In this document: positions 1-9,433 of the stretch, one piece after another
How positions within the stretch are numbered: the stretch's first letter is position 1
How the letters are laid out: each line of letters opens with the position of its first letter
DNA from: Shigella phage ESh28
Length of the DNA: 64,000 nucleotides
Reading direction: 5' to 3' (one strand)
Sequence record: ON528738
The notes under the pieces: generated by a model
The model's input: only the letters and a program-made list of their open reading frames with translations
Told to the model about the DNA's origin: nothing
Databases searched by the model: none
Position numbers and translations under genes: made by a program

Positions 1-23
1 TTATTGGAGGTGTTTTAGATGTT

Positions 24-272
24 ATGACTGATATTGATTCTGGCGAAATACTTGTGTTAATGCTAATTCTTCCATTAATAGTTCCACTTTTATTAGTACC
101 CGTAAATTGGGTAGGATACTGGTATCAAGGAAGACATTATCGTAAACGTGTACGTGATTGGAAAGCTCAGTGTAAAAAGATTAAAAAGGAACACCAGCTT
201 AAGCTAGATATGTATGAATTTGATGAAATTATGAAATTTGTTAAGGAATCACGATGCAAAAGCCAAAACTAA
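24..272 (+). CDS. small membrane protein, tandem family member 1
   Basis: ORF with hydrophobic N-terminal helix; GGAGG upstream; overlaps next ORF; shares C-terminal tail pattern with the next two ORFs. Confidence 0.4.
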   Translation: MTDIDSGEILVLMLILPLIVPLLLVPVNWVGYWYQGRHYRKRVRDWKAQCKKIKKEHQLKLDMYEFDEIMKFVKESRCKSQN

Positions 273-616
273 ATAAAGTCAAATATTCGTTTCCTGAGGC
301 ACTATTAATTCTTGCTGTATCAGTATTTACAGCTCTTGCGGGTAGTCTTATTGGATTGTTAATTGACTGTTTTATTTTAAATATCGACGGCACAGTAATT
401 ATAACAGAGGTTTGGAGTGAACTTCGTTTTACTATAGCGATTTCATTATTTTCATTCTTTGGTACCATGTTATATTTTCATTATGATAATTTTAAAATAA
501 ATTGGCAAAGAAAAAAGGATTACAAAATACAATTAAAGGAATATAATAGCTATATGTCTTATATTGAAAAAGAATCAATGGAAGAGTTTGTGAGTGATTG
601 TAGGAAAATTAAATGA
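254..616 (+). CDS. small membrane protein, tandem family member 2
   Basis: Two predicted TM segments; C-terminal tail ...FVSDCRKIK resembles neighbours; ATGA-type overlap with next gene. Confidence 0.4.
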   Translation: MQKPKLNKVKYSFPEALLILAVSVFTALAGSLIGLLIDCFILNIDGTVIITEVWSELRFTIAISLFSFFGTMLYFHYDNFKINWQRKKDYKIQLKEYNSYMSYIEKESMEEFVSDCRKIK

Positions 617-1101
617 TTTTAAAAACTCGCTGGTATGATTTAGATGATGGGGACGATGGCATTTCAGTTGATAGAGTTGACTGGAGCGGCTGTTCTGAAG
701 ATACAAAGAAACGATTAATTAGGGAGTTTAGAATGGGATATCAAGCAGTTAAGCCATCTACTGTAACAGATGATAAATTCGTGTGTATTCATAATGGTCG
801 TGCTAAGTTAACGAATGCTGAATGGTTCACAGATAAGATTATGATTCTGTGGTATATCATTAGTCTTCCTGTGTCATCATTCGTATTTTACTTTTTTATA
901 AAAAATCCAATGGACAGAATAGGAGATTGGATTCTTTTAACCATACTTGTTAATATTTTTACAGCATCAATATTATCTGGGATATGGTACACGTTCATTG
1001 AAATGCCATGGCGGCTACGCAGACAACAAAAGATTTTTGATGAAAAGAAATATACTCAAAATTTAAATAACTTTATCACTGAATGCAGGAAATTAAAATG
1101 A
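613..1101 (+). CDS. membrane protein, tandem family member 3
   Basis: Hydrophobic central segments; C-terminal ...FITECRKLK; ATGA overlap into nudE. Confidence 0.45.
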   Translation: MILKTRWYDLDDGDDGISVDRVDWSGCSEDTKKRLIREFRMGYQAVKPSTVTDDKFVCIHNGRAKLTNAEWFTDKIMILWYIISLPVSSFVFYFFIKNPMDRIGDWILLTILVNIFTASILSGIWYTFIEMPWRLRRQQKIFDEKKYTQNLNNFITECRKLK

Positions 1102-1538
1102 AAACATTATCAGCTGGTATTATCTTCATGACAGAAGATAAAGATTTATTTATGGGTCGGGTTACTGGTTCTCGTAAGCCTGGAATGATGGCACATCGCT
1201 GGGATATTCCAAAGGGACGTGTAGAAAGTTCTGATTTGAATGCACTGGAAGCTGCAAAAAGAGAATGCTTAGAAGAGACCGGTTTTAGCAATTATAATCC
1301 AGACCTTCTAGAAGACCTAGGTGTATTTAAATATTCTAGTAATAAAGACTTACAGTTATTTTATTATACGATTCCAGTAGAGCATGAGATGTTCAGAAAT
1401 TGCTATTGTGAGTCTTATTTTGAAAATAAAGATGGCGTTATGATTCCAGAGATGGATGCTTTTGCTCTTATTCCTCGTACTCAGTGGCAATATGTGATGG
1501 GTCCTTCACTTTACCGAATAATGAACAACCTCTTTTAA
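1098..1538 (+). CDS. nudE: Nudix hydrolase NudE (T4 e.1-like)
   Basis: Nudix box G-x5-E-x7-REC-LEETGF visible; ATG with AGGA SD at Met 6 of the tracked ORF; sits beside e. Confidence 0.85.
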   Translation: MKTLSAGIIFMTEDKDLFMGRVTGSRKPGMMAHRWDIPKGRVESSDLNALEAAKRECLEETGFSNYNPDLLEDLGVFKYSSNKDLQLFYYTIPVEHEMFRNCYCESYFENKDGVMIPEMDAFALIPRTQWQYVMGPSLYRIMNNLF

Positions 1539-2069
<531 letters not shown>

Positions 2070-2128
2070 AGTTGTTTACTTTCTCCTAGAATTGTGATAG
2101 TATATTCACAGTTACTTGGAGGGATAAA

Positions 2129-2545
2129 ATGACTCGTATTAATTTGACTTTAGTATCTGAACTTGCTGATCAACATTTAATCGCAGAATACCGTGAATTG
2201 CCGCGTGTTTTTGGTATAGTTCGTAAACATGTTGCAAATGGTAAGCGGGTTAAAGATTTTAAAATATCTTCCGAGTTTATTTTAGGTTCTGGTCATGTTA
2301 CTTTCTTTTACGATAAGTTAGAATTTTTGCGAAAGCGTCAATCAGACATTATAACGGAATGCTTAAAACGTGGGTTTAGTATAAAAGATACTGAAGTTCC
2401 TGACATCAGCGATATTCCAGTAGAATGGAAAAATGATTATAATCCATGCAAATCAGCTATTAAATTGAGTCAACAACGACTTGATGAAAAAATTTTAATG
2501 AAACCACATTGGTATAAGTATTACGGTAAAAATATTTACATTTAA
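2129..2545 (+). CDS. denV: endonuclease V, pyrimidine dimer DNA glycosylase
   Basis: 138 aa, N terminus [28 protein letters not shown] matches T4 endo V. Confidence 0.9.
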   Translation: MTRINLTLVSELADQHLIAEYRELPRVFGIVRKHVANGKRVKDFKISSEFILGSGHVTFFYDKLEFLRKRQSDIITECLKRGFSIKDTEVPDISDIPVEWKNDYNPCKSAIKLSQQRLDEKILMKPHWYKYYGKNIYI

Positions 2546-2554
2546 AGGAAACCC

Positions 2555-3028
2555 ATGAAAACATATCAAGAATTTATTACTGAAGCAGCTATTAATTCTC
2601 AAATTATTGCTGAATCTTTTACTGATCTTTTGAAATTTAAAAAAGGTCAAAAAATCACTGCTGTATTGGATGATGGTACAGAAGTTGAGATGGATGTACA
2701 GGGATATAATTATGCAGTAGATGGAAAACTGTATAATAAATCTCATGCTAAATTTGATTCATTTGACGATTTTGTTAATACAGTTGAAGATGAAAAAACT
2801 CGTAGATCCATTGCAACTGGCGACGCTAAGGTTCTTATGGCACACGGTCATGAACGTATCCGCGTCAAACAGAATAAAATGGGCGAAGATAATTTCGCAT
2901 TAGTTGGTTATCAATCTGGTAAACAAACTTATGGCTATCAACGTACTGCTACCATGTATAACAAAAATGGTAAAATTGCCTTTGTAAATAGTAAAGGTTC
3001 TATTCAGTACGTTAAATCGTTCAAATAA
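2555..3028 (+). CDS. internal-protein-like polypeptide with capsid targeting sequence
   Basis: N terminus MKTYQEFITEAA matches the T4 internal protein CTS (MKTYQEFIAE) with I-x-E prohead protease sites; size fits neither ipII nor ipIII. Confidence 0.6.
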   Translation: MKTYQEFITEAAINSQIIAESFTDLLKFKKGQKITAVLDDGTEVEMDVQGYNYAVDGKLYNKSHAKFDSFDDFVNTVEDEKTRRSIATGDAKVLMAHGHERIRVKQNKMGEDNFALVGYQSGKQTYGYQRTATMYNKNGKIAFVNSKGSIQYVKSFK

Positions 3029-3180
3029 GCAAATAAGAAATATGGGAACAAACTGGACCTCATGATTCTGTGAGGGATTCCCGCCAACCTGTAATAAGGT
3101 CGAGCCCAAGTGCGGTAATGGGTAAATACAGAAATGGACAATTCATGCGCCACGGAATGGCCCAAATTTAGAGAGAAGAA

Positions 3181-3720
3181 ATGAGAACATTTTTAACTGG
3201 TCCTTATCTATCCCTGATGAATGCTTTTACACACCATTCTGATGCTAGAGTAGAAGAAATTTGTAAAAACGATTATATCCCACCATTTGAAGACTTACTT
3301 AAGCAGTATTGCACACTTCGACTAGATGGTGGACGTCAATCCGGTAAATCAACTGCAGTAACTAATTTTGCCGCTAATTGGTTGTATGACGGTGGAACAG
3401 TTATTGTTCTTTCTAATACTTCAGCTTACGCTAAAATTTCCGCAGATAATATTAAAAAGGAATTTTCGCGTTATTCTAATGATGATATTCGATTCCGCTT
3501 ATTTACTGATTCTGTGCGCAGTTTTATTGGTAATAAAGGAAGCAAGTTCAGAGGTTTATCGCTTTCGCGAATTTTATATATAATTGATGAGCCTGTCAAA
3601 TCTCCTGATATGGATAAGATTTATAGTGTCCATATTGACACTGTACACTGCTGCTGTAATATTAAATGTTGCATTGGTGGTATTACTCGTCCACAGTTTT
3701 TCGTAATCGGAATGCAATGA
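3181..3720 (+). CDS. hypothetical protein with P-loop-like GGRQSGKST motif
   Basis: ORF with Walker A-like motif; weak SD; ATGA overlap with next ORF. Confidence 0.4.
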   Translation: MRTFLTGPYLSLMNAFTHHSDARVEEICKNDYIPPFEDLLKQYCTLRLDGGRQSGKSTAVTNFAANWLYDGGTVIVLSNTSAYAKISADNIKKEFSRYSNDDIRFRLFTDSVRSFIGNKGSKFRGLSLSRILYIIDEPVKSPDMDKIYSVHIDTVHCCCNIKCCIGGITRPQFFVIGMQ

Positions 3721-4046
3721 TGACAGACACTCAGCTTTTCGAATATCTTTATTTTTCGCCAAAAACTATTAAAAATAAATTGGTGAATCATTTTGAAATT
3801 TTGGCAAATAACAACGTCTTGAGCGAATTTTATCCTAAGCAATACAAATTACAAAAAGGCGTATTCAAAGGATGCAGAGTTTTGTGTACTGCTCCTAATG
3901 CACGGTTAATGAATAAAATTCCATATTTTACCATGGAATTTATTGATGGTCCTTTTAAAGGACTAATCACACAGAGTTTAATGGCATATGATTCTGAGCC
4001 ATTTTTAATTAAAGAACAATCTTGGATAAATTTATTTTCTAATTGA
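3717..4046 (+). CDS. hypothetical protein
   Basis: ATG (MMTDTQ...) overlapping stop of previous gene; start chosen inside tracked ORF 3666-4046. Confidence 0.4.
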   Translation: MMTDTQLFEYLYFSPKTIKNKLVNHFEILANNNVLSEFYPKQYKLQKGVFKGCRVLCTAPNARLMNKIPYFTMEFIDGPFKGLITQSLMAYDSEPFLIKEQSWINLFSN

Positions 4047-4053
4047 GGTTTAT

Positions 4054-4416
4054 ATGAAAGCATATCAAATTCTTGAAGGCACACACAAAGGTACTATTTA
4101 TTTTGAAGATGGTATTCAAGCACGAATTATTGTCTCTAAAACCTTTAAAGAGGACTCTTTTGTAGACCCAGAAATTTTCTACGGTTTGCATTCCCGTGAA
4201 ATTGAAATTGAAACACAACCTACAGTTAAAATTGAAGGTGGTCAACACCTGAACGTTAACGTTCTGCGTCGTGAAACTCTGGAAGATGCAGTTAAGCATC
4301 CGGAAAAATATCCGCAGCTGACCATCCGTGTATCCGGTTATGCAGTTCGCTTTAACTCTCTGACTCCGGAACAGCAGCGCGACGTTATCGCTCGTACCTT
4401 CACCGAGAGCTTGTAA
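4054..4416 (+). CDS. autonomous glycyl radical cofactor, GrcA/YfiD-like (T4 Y06I-type)
   Basis: C-terminal half near-identical to the E. coli YfiD glycyl radical domain ([14 protein letters not shown]...[29 protein letters not shown]); host-like GC-rich codons. Confidence 0.85.
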   Translation: MKAYQILEGTHKGTIYFEDGIQARIIVSKTFKEDSFVDPEIFYGLHSREIEIETQPTVKIEGGQHLNVNVLRRETLEDAVKHPEKYPQLTIRVSGYAVRFNSLTPEQQRDVIARTFTESL

Positions 4417-4637
4417 TGGCAAAGATAATTATTGAAGGTTCTGAAGATGTGCTAAATGCTTTCGCCGAGTGGTTTAGTAATTCAGGCGAACAGCAATTTA
4501 ATGAAGCATGGAACATGGGTGATATTAATGGAATTTATCCTACGACAGAAATTTCTGTTCAGGGATATGGCATTCATGAACCTATTCGTTTAGTTGAATA
4601 TGATTTATGCACTGGTGAGGAAGTCAAATATGATTGA
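4416..4637 (+). CDS. hypothetical small protein
   Basis: ORF with ATGG overlap to GrcA-like stop. Confidence 0.45.
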   Translation: MAKIIIEGSEDVLNAFAEWFSNSGEQQFNEAWNMGDINGIYPTTEISVQGYGIHEPIRLVEYDLCTGEEVKYD

Positions 4638-4896
4638 AGATATTAAAGGTTATAAGCCACATACCGACGAAAAAATCGGTAAAGTAAATGCTATCAAAGA
4701 TGCTGAAGTTCGTTTAGGACTTATCTTTGATGCTTTATACGATGAATTTTGGGAAGCATTTGATAGCTGTGAAGATGATGAACTCGCGAAGAATTATGCT
4801 GAAAGCCTCGATCAGTTAACTATTGCTAAAACGAAACTCAAAGAAGCCAGTATGTGGGCTTGCCGTGCTGTGTTCCAACCAGAGGAAAAATACTAA
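4630..4896 (+). CDS. hypothetical small acidic protein (vs-region)
   Basis: ATG at Met 13 of tracked ORF preceded by GGTGAGGAAG; 88 aa. Confidence 0.45.
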   Translation: MIEDIKGYKPHTDEKIGKVNAIKDAEVRLGLIFDALYDEFWEAFDSCEDDELAKNYAESLDQLTIAKTKLKEASMWACRAVFQPEEKY

Positions 4897-5174
4897 TGGC
4901 TCAATTAAGTGCAGGGTTTGGTTATGAATATTATACTGCACCTCGTCGTGTATCTGCCGCTCCTAAGAAAATTCAAAGTCTTGATGACTTCCAAGAAGTA
5001 ATTCGTAATGCTTTCCAGGACTATGCGCGTTATCTTAAAGAAGATTCACAGGACTGCCTCGAAGAAGATGAAATTGCTTACTATGCGCAGCGTCTTGAAC
5101 AGCTCAAAAATCTACATGAGGTTCGTGCAGAAGTTTCAAAGTCTATGAATAAATTGATCAGATTTAAAGAATAA
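4896..5174 (+). CDS. hypothetical small protein (vs-region)
   Basis: ATG ([13 protein letters not shown]...) preceded by AGAGGA, overlaps upstream stop; 92 aa. Confidence 0.45.
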   Translation: MAQLSAGFGYEYYTAPRRVSAAPKKIQSLDDFQEVIRNAFQDYARYLKEDSQDCLEEDEIAYYAQRLEQLKNLHEVRAEVSKSMNKLIRFKE

Positions 5175-5176
5175 CT

Positions 5177-5206
5177 GTTTACTTTTCCTCTTGACTGTGG
5201 TATAAT
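5177..5206 (+). promoter_or_regulatory. T4-type early promoter
   Basis: GTTTAC, spacer, TGTGGTATAAT just upstream of regB. Confidence 0.6.
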
Positions 5207-5233
5207 TTTTCTATCAGTTAAGAGGAGAATAAC

Positions 5234-5695
5234 ATGACTATCAATACAGAAGTTTTTATCCGTCGAAATAAGCTCCGTCGTCACTTTGAGTCGGAGTTTC
5301 GTCAAATTAACAATGAGATTCGTGAGGCATCAAAAGCAGCAGGGGTCTCATCGTTTCATCTAAAATATTCTCAGCATCTTCTTGATCGTGCAATTCAACG
5401 GGAGATTGATGAGACATATGTTTTTGAATTATTCCATAAAATAAAAGACCATGTTTTAGAAGTTAATGAATTCCTGAGTATGCCTCCACGTCCTGACATT
5501 GACGAGGATTTTATTGATGGGGTTGAATATCGTCCTGGACGTTTAGAAATCACAGATGGAAATCTTTGGCTTGGATTTACAGTTTGTAAACCTAATGCGA
5601 AGTTCAAAGACCCGTCACTTCAGTGCAGGATGGCAATTATCAATAGTCGCCGTTTACCAGGAAAGGCTTCTAAAGCAGTAATTAAAACTCAATGA
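5234..5695 (+). CDS. regB: RegB site-specific endoribonuclease
   Basis: 153 aa, N terminus MTINTEVFIRRNKLRRHFESEFRQINNEIRE as in T4 RegB; strong SD. Confidence 0.85.
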   Translation: MTINTEVFIRRNKLRRHFESEFRQINNEIREASKAAGVSSFHLKYSQHLLDRAIQREIDETYVFELFHKIKDHVLEVNEFLSMPPRPDIDEDFIDGVEYRPGRLEITDGNLWLGFTVCKPNAKFKDPSLQCRMAIINSRRLPGKASKAVIKTQ

Positions 5696-5702
5696 GGTAA
5701 GC

Positions 5703-6248
5703 ATGAGAAAAGCACTACTCGCTGGTCTATTGGCCATTTCAATGATGGCACATAGCTCCGAGCATACTTTCAGTAATGTCCAACTCGATAACATGCGTTA
5801 CGCGTATCAATTCGGGGAACAATTTTCTAAGGATGGAAAATATAAAACACACAAAAATATCCACAAGAGCGGATTAGGTCATATAATGGCTGCTATTTTA
5901 TGGCAAGAAAGCTCTGGCGGAGTTAATTTAAAATCTAAACCAAAGCATCACGCCTACGGAATGTTCCAAAATTATTTGCCTACTATGCGAGCAAGAGTTA
6001 AGGAACTTGGTTATAATATGACCGATGCTGAAATAAAAAGAATGTTGAATAAACGATCCAATTCAGCTTCCTGGGCGTACATTGAACTTTCTTATTGGTT
6101 AAATATACATAAGGGCGATATAAGAAAAGCAATATCCTCTTATAATTCGGGATGGAATGTTAAAGCTGGTTCTAAATATGCTTCTGAAGTCCTAGAAAAG
6201 GCTAATTACCTTAAAAATAATAAACTTTTGGAAATAGTAAATGACTAA
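5703..6248 (+). CDS. secreted lytic transglycosylase-like protein
   Basis: Signal peptide; motifs E-S-S-G ... G-M-F-Q ... S-Y-N-S-G resemble family 1 lytic transglycosylase signatures. Confidence 0.55.
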   Translation: MRKALLAGLLAISMMAHSSEHTFSNVQLDNMRYAYQFGEQFSKDGKYKTHKNIHKSGLGHIMAAILWQESSGGVNLKSKPKHHAYGMFQNYLPTMRARVKELGYNMTDAEIKRMLNKRSNSASWAYIELSYWLNIHKGDIRKAISSYNSGWNVKAGSKYASEVLEKANYLKNNKLLEIVND

Positions 6249-6588
6249 AATTTTAGTTTTATGTATAGGATTAATTTCATTTTCTGCTTCTGCGTCAGCA
6301 GATACATCATATACTGAAATTAGAGAATATGTAAACCGCACTGCGGCAGATTATTGTGGGAAAAATAAAGCATGCCAAGCTGAATTTGCACAGAAATTAA
6401 TATATGCATATAAAGACGGAGAAAGAGATAAATCAAGCAGATACAAAAACGATACATTATTAAAACGATATGCTAAAAAGTGGAATACCTTAGAATGTTC
6501 AGTTGCGGAGGAGAAAGATAAAGCCGCTTGTCATTCAATGGTTGACCGTTTAGTAGATTCTTATAATCGAGGATTGAGTACTAGATGA
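6241..6588 (+). CDS. secreted cysteine-containing protein
   Basis: Signal peptide MTKILVLCIGLISFSASASA; 115 aa. Confidence 0.45.
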   Translation: MTKILVLCIGLISFSASASADTSYTEIREYVNRTAADYCGKNKACQAEFAQKLIYAYKDGERDKSSRYKNDTLLKRYAKKWNTLECSVAEEKDKAACHSMVDRLVDSYNRGLSTR

Positions 6589-7064
6589 TTGTAAAATATA
6601 TCAAGGGCGATATTGTCGCCCTATTTCTTCAAGGTAATATTATTGCGCACGGGTGCAATTGCTTCCACACAATGGGCTCTGGCGTAGCGGGTCAATTAGC
6701 AAGAGCCTATCCCAAAATTTTAGAAATAGATAAAACCACTACCGAGTACGGTTCTCGTGATAAATTAGGCGATATGTCTATTGTTTTTAAACATAGTCCT
6801 ACGGGATTTGGTATATGCTATAACCTGTATACACAATACGAACCGGGTCCTAATCTTGATTATGGTGCTTTAGTAAACTGCATGATAGAATTAAATCTAC
6901 AGGCAGAAACCCTTTTGTTTAAACCAGTAATTTACATTCCACGCATAGGTTGTGGTATTGCTGGCGGTGATTGGGATAAGGTTTCTAAATTAATCGACAT
7001 GTTTACTCCTGATATTGATTTGATAGTGGTGGATTATGAAAGTACATTACCCGCATCCGTTTGA
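6585..7064 (+). CDS. macro domain protein (ADP-ribose binding or hydrolysing)
   Basis: KGDIV...NIIAHGCN...GSGVAGQLA and IPRIGCGIAGGDW match macro-domain nucleotide-binding motifs. Confidence 0.6.
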   Translation: MIVKYIKGDIVALFLQGNIIAHGCNCFHTMGSGVAGQLARAYPKILEIDKTTTEYGSRDKLGDMSIVFKHSPTGFGICYNLYTQYEPGPNLDYGALVNCMIELNLQAETLLFKPVIYIPRIGCGIAGGDWDKVSKLIDMFTPDIDLIVVDYESTLPASV

Positions 7065-7248
7065 TCCTAAAAACAAAGCAGAAATTATTCGTCAATGGGA
7101 ACGCATTTGCCGTACTAAATGTCCAATTAATAGTCCACATGATGTAGATAAAGACTACATTGGAACATTCGTTGAATATACCTTTATTGATAAGAAAGGT
7201 CGTAAACAACATGTAGAAGAATATTGCTTAAAGGTTACATGGTTATGA
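7036..7248 (+). CDS. hypothetical protein
   Basis: Tracked ORF overlapping macro gene end; start uncertain. Confidence 0.3.
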   Translation: MKVHYPHPFDPKNKAEIIRQWERICRTKCPINSPHDVDKDYIGTFVEYTFIDKKGRKQHVEEYCLKVTWL

Positions 7249-7451
7249 GCCAAACTAGTATTCTTAAAAATGCCCACTGTGAAAAGTGTAAGTGGCCGGT
7301 TGTTTTTGCTTTATGTAATGATGAAATGGCTTGTGATTTCGATTATTGGTGCTATTGTTCTAATAAAGGATGCATCAATCATAAAGGTGAAGGATTTTAT
7401 TCAGGATTTTATCCTTATCCTGATTTCGTTAAAGAAGGTAAACCAAAATGA
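7245..7451 (+). CDS. cysteine-rich small protein, likely zinc binding
   Basis: 8 Cys in 68 aa (CEKCKW...CNDEMACDFDYWCYCSNKGC); ATGA overlap start. Confidence 0.4.
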   Translation: MSQTSILKNAHCEKCKWPVVFALCNDEMACDFDYWCYCSNKGCINHKGEGFYSGFYPYPDFVKEGKPK

Positions 7452-7621
7452 ATAGTTTTGAGTTACAATACGAAGTGTTACGTGAGCTTGATAATTTAAT
7501 TGAACTCGCTGTTAATAAAGGTTTTGCCATTGGAATCGGTCAAAAAGATACTGGTCATTTAACTATGGAAATATTTAAGCAAAAGCGAATTATTTTAAAA
7601 CTCCTGGAAATTAATATATGA
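7448..7621 (+). CDS. hypothetical small protein
   Basis: 57-codon ORF not in track (under 60 aa); ATGA overlaps on both sides. Confidence 0.35.
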   Translation: MNSFELQYEVLRELDNLIELAVNKGFAIGIGQKDTGHLTMEIFKQKRIILKLLEINI

Positions 7622-7803
7622 GTCTGAGTAAAGAACAAAAAGATAAATTGTTTGAGCTTATCCATGAACTTCTAGATGAGCATACAGAAACAAACACCTT
7701 TTATGATGAATACGGCCCGCTATCTCCCGAACAGCAGGAAGAATTTGTTGATCGGTTTGATAAGAAAGAAAATGAATTAATAGCTTATGTGAATACGCTT
7801 TAA
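7618..7803 (+). CDS. hypothetical acidic small protein
   Basis: Tracked ORF, coupled to upstream ORF. Confidence 0.4.
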   Translation: MSLSKEQKDKLFELIHELLDEHTETNTFYDEYGPLSPEQQEEFVDRFDKKENELIAYVNTL

Positions 7804-7812
7804 GAAGGTGAT

Positions 7813-8394
7813 ATGGCGAGTTTAATTTTTACTTATGCAGCAATGAATGCTGGAAAATCTGCTTCTCTTTTGACTGCTGCGCATAATTATAAAGAACGTG
7901 GAATGAGTGTATTAGTTCTTAAGCCTGCTATTGATACTCGCGATTCTGTCTGTGAAGTTGTTTCTCGCATTGGAATTAAACAGGAAGCGAATATTATTAC
8001 AGATGATATGGATATTTTCGAATTCTATAAATGGGCCGAAGCACAAAAAGATATTCATTGCGTATTTGTAGATGAAGCTCAGTTTTTAAAAACTGAACAG
8101 GTGCACCAATTAAGCCGAATTGTTGATACATATAATGTTCCTGTTATGACTTATGGATTAAGGACTGATTTCGCTGGAAAATTGTTTGAAGGTTCTAAAG
8201 AACTTTTAGCGATTGCAGATAAACTTATTGAACTAAAGGCAGTTTGTCATTGCGGCAAAAAAGCGATTATGACAGCTCGATTAATGGAAGATGGAACACC
8301 AGTTAAAGAAGGTAATCAAATCTGTATTGGTGATGAAATTTATGTTTCTTTGTGCAGAAAACATTGGAATGAATTAACTAAAAAGCTCGGTTAG
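7813..8394 (+). CDS. tk: thymidine kinase
   Basis: 193 aa, P-loop MNAGKSASLL, C-terminal zinc ribbon; matches T4 tk. Confidence 0.95.
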   Translation: MASLIFTYAAMNAGKSASLLTAAHNYKERGMSVLVLKPAIDTRDSVCEVVSRIGIKQEANIITDDMDIFEFYKWAEAQKDIHCVFVDEAQFLKTEQVHQLSRIVDTYNVPVMTYGLRTDFAGKLFEGSKELLAIADKLIELKAVCHCGKKAIMTARLMEDGTPVKEGNQICIGDEIYVSLCRKHWNELTKKLG

Positions 8395-8436
8395 TGCAAA
8401 AGTTATAAATAGGTTTATCTAACTAAAGGGGTATAT

Positions 8437-8649
8437 ATGCTACAATTAACTGAAAAGCAACTTCGCAATCTTACTGTGCTTCAATTAGATGAAATTCGTA
8501 GGGAAGTTGGAAATATCATTTCAGCTTTGCGTCGAGAAGTATCACTCAACCAATCTCCGGCAGACTATACTAGATTGCGAAATTTTGAAAAATACCTTGA
8601 TAAAGTTAAGGCCGTGCATCGGCATAAAGTAAATACAGGACAAAAATGA
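8437..8649 (+). CDS. hypothetical small protein
   Basis: Tracked ORF with AGGGG SD. Confidence 0.45.
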
Positions 8650-8661
8650 TAGGAGGCCTTT

Positions 8662-8955
8662 ATGGCCTTAAAAGCAACGGCACTATTTGCCATGCTAGGA
8701 TTGTCATTTGTTTTATCTCCATCGATTGAAGCGAATGTCGATCCTCATTTTGATAAATTTATGGAATCTGGTATTAGGCATGTTTATATGCTTTTTGAAA
8801 ATAAAAGCGTAGAATCGTCTGAACAATTCTATAGTTTTATGAGAACGACCTATAAAAATGACCCGTGCTCTTCTGATTTTGAATGTATAGAACGAGGCGC
8901 GGAGATGGCACAATCATACGCTAGAATTATGAACATTAAATTGGAGACTGAATGA
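8662..8955 (+). CDS. rI: lysis inhibition regulator rI
   Basis: 97 aa, signal-anchor N terminus MALKATALFAMLGLSFVLSPSIEA as in T4 rI. Confidence 0.9.
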   Translation: MALKATALFAMLGLSFVLSPSIEANVDPHFDKFMESGIRHVYMLFENKSVESSEQFYSFMRTTYKNDPCSSDFECIERGAEMAQSYARIMNIKLETE

Positions 8956-9338
8956 AATTCAGCGACTTTTCACAAAGTGGAAAACCTTCAAAGGCAGATG
9001 AATACTTAGGTTTATTAATGGCTGCACAAGCTTATTTTCATTCTGCACATTTTGAAACTAAAAGTTATGCTAGACACAAAGCATACGATTTTATTTTCTC
9101 CGAGTTGCCAGATTTGATTGATAAATTTGGTGAGCAATATTTGGGGTATTCTGGTAGAAAATACACGCCTTCAATTCCAGATGCCAGTAAACTTCCTACC
9201 GACACAATTAAAATGATTGATCGCATACTAGACCAATCTAACAGCATTTACAAAGAAATGCCTCCAGCCATCCAAAGCACGATAGATGATATTACTGGAA
9301 TGTTTTACCAGAGTAAGTATCTTCTTTCCCTCGAATAA
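8952..9338 (+). CDS. hypothetical protein
   Basis: ATGA-coupled to rI; followed by terminator. Confidence 0.5.
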
Positions 9339-9342
9339 CATT

Positions 9343-9366
9343 AGTCTCCTTCGGGAGACTTTTTTC
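9343..9366 (+). terminator. rho-independent terminator
   Basis: AGTCTCC-TTCG-GGAGACT hairpin followed by T tract. Confidence 0.7.
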
Positions 9367-9375
9367 ATTTTACCG

Positions 9376-9405
9376 GTTTACTTTCCGTTTGAGCTGTGGT
9401 ACTAT
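9376..9405 (+). promoter_or_regulatory. T4-type early promoter
   Basis: GTTTAC ... TGGTACTATAC with shared leader ACAACTATC. Confidence 0.6.
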
Positions 9406-9433
9406 ACAACTATCGGATAAAGAGGAGAACATC

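Noticed and set aside
3029-3180. Possible tRNA or small RNA gene in the GC-richer spacer after the internal protein gene
   Set aside because: No T-loop (GTTCxAxxC) or acceptor-stem pairing found by eye; kept only as an unexplained spacer in the findings
3368-3583. 71-aa plus-strand ORF nested in another frame of ORF 3181-3720
   Set aside because: Fully contained in a longer ORF; hydrophobic low-complexity translation typical of an AT-rich off-frame
4039-4422. 127-aa minus-strand ORF opposite the GrcA-like gene
   Set aside because: Lies entirely antisense to a gene with strong homology; no SD or promoter; typical shadow ORF
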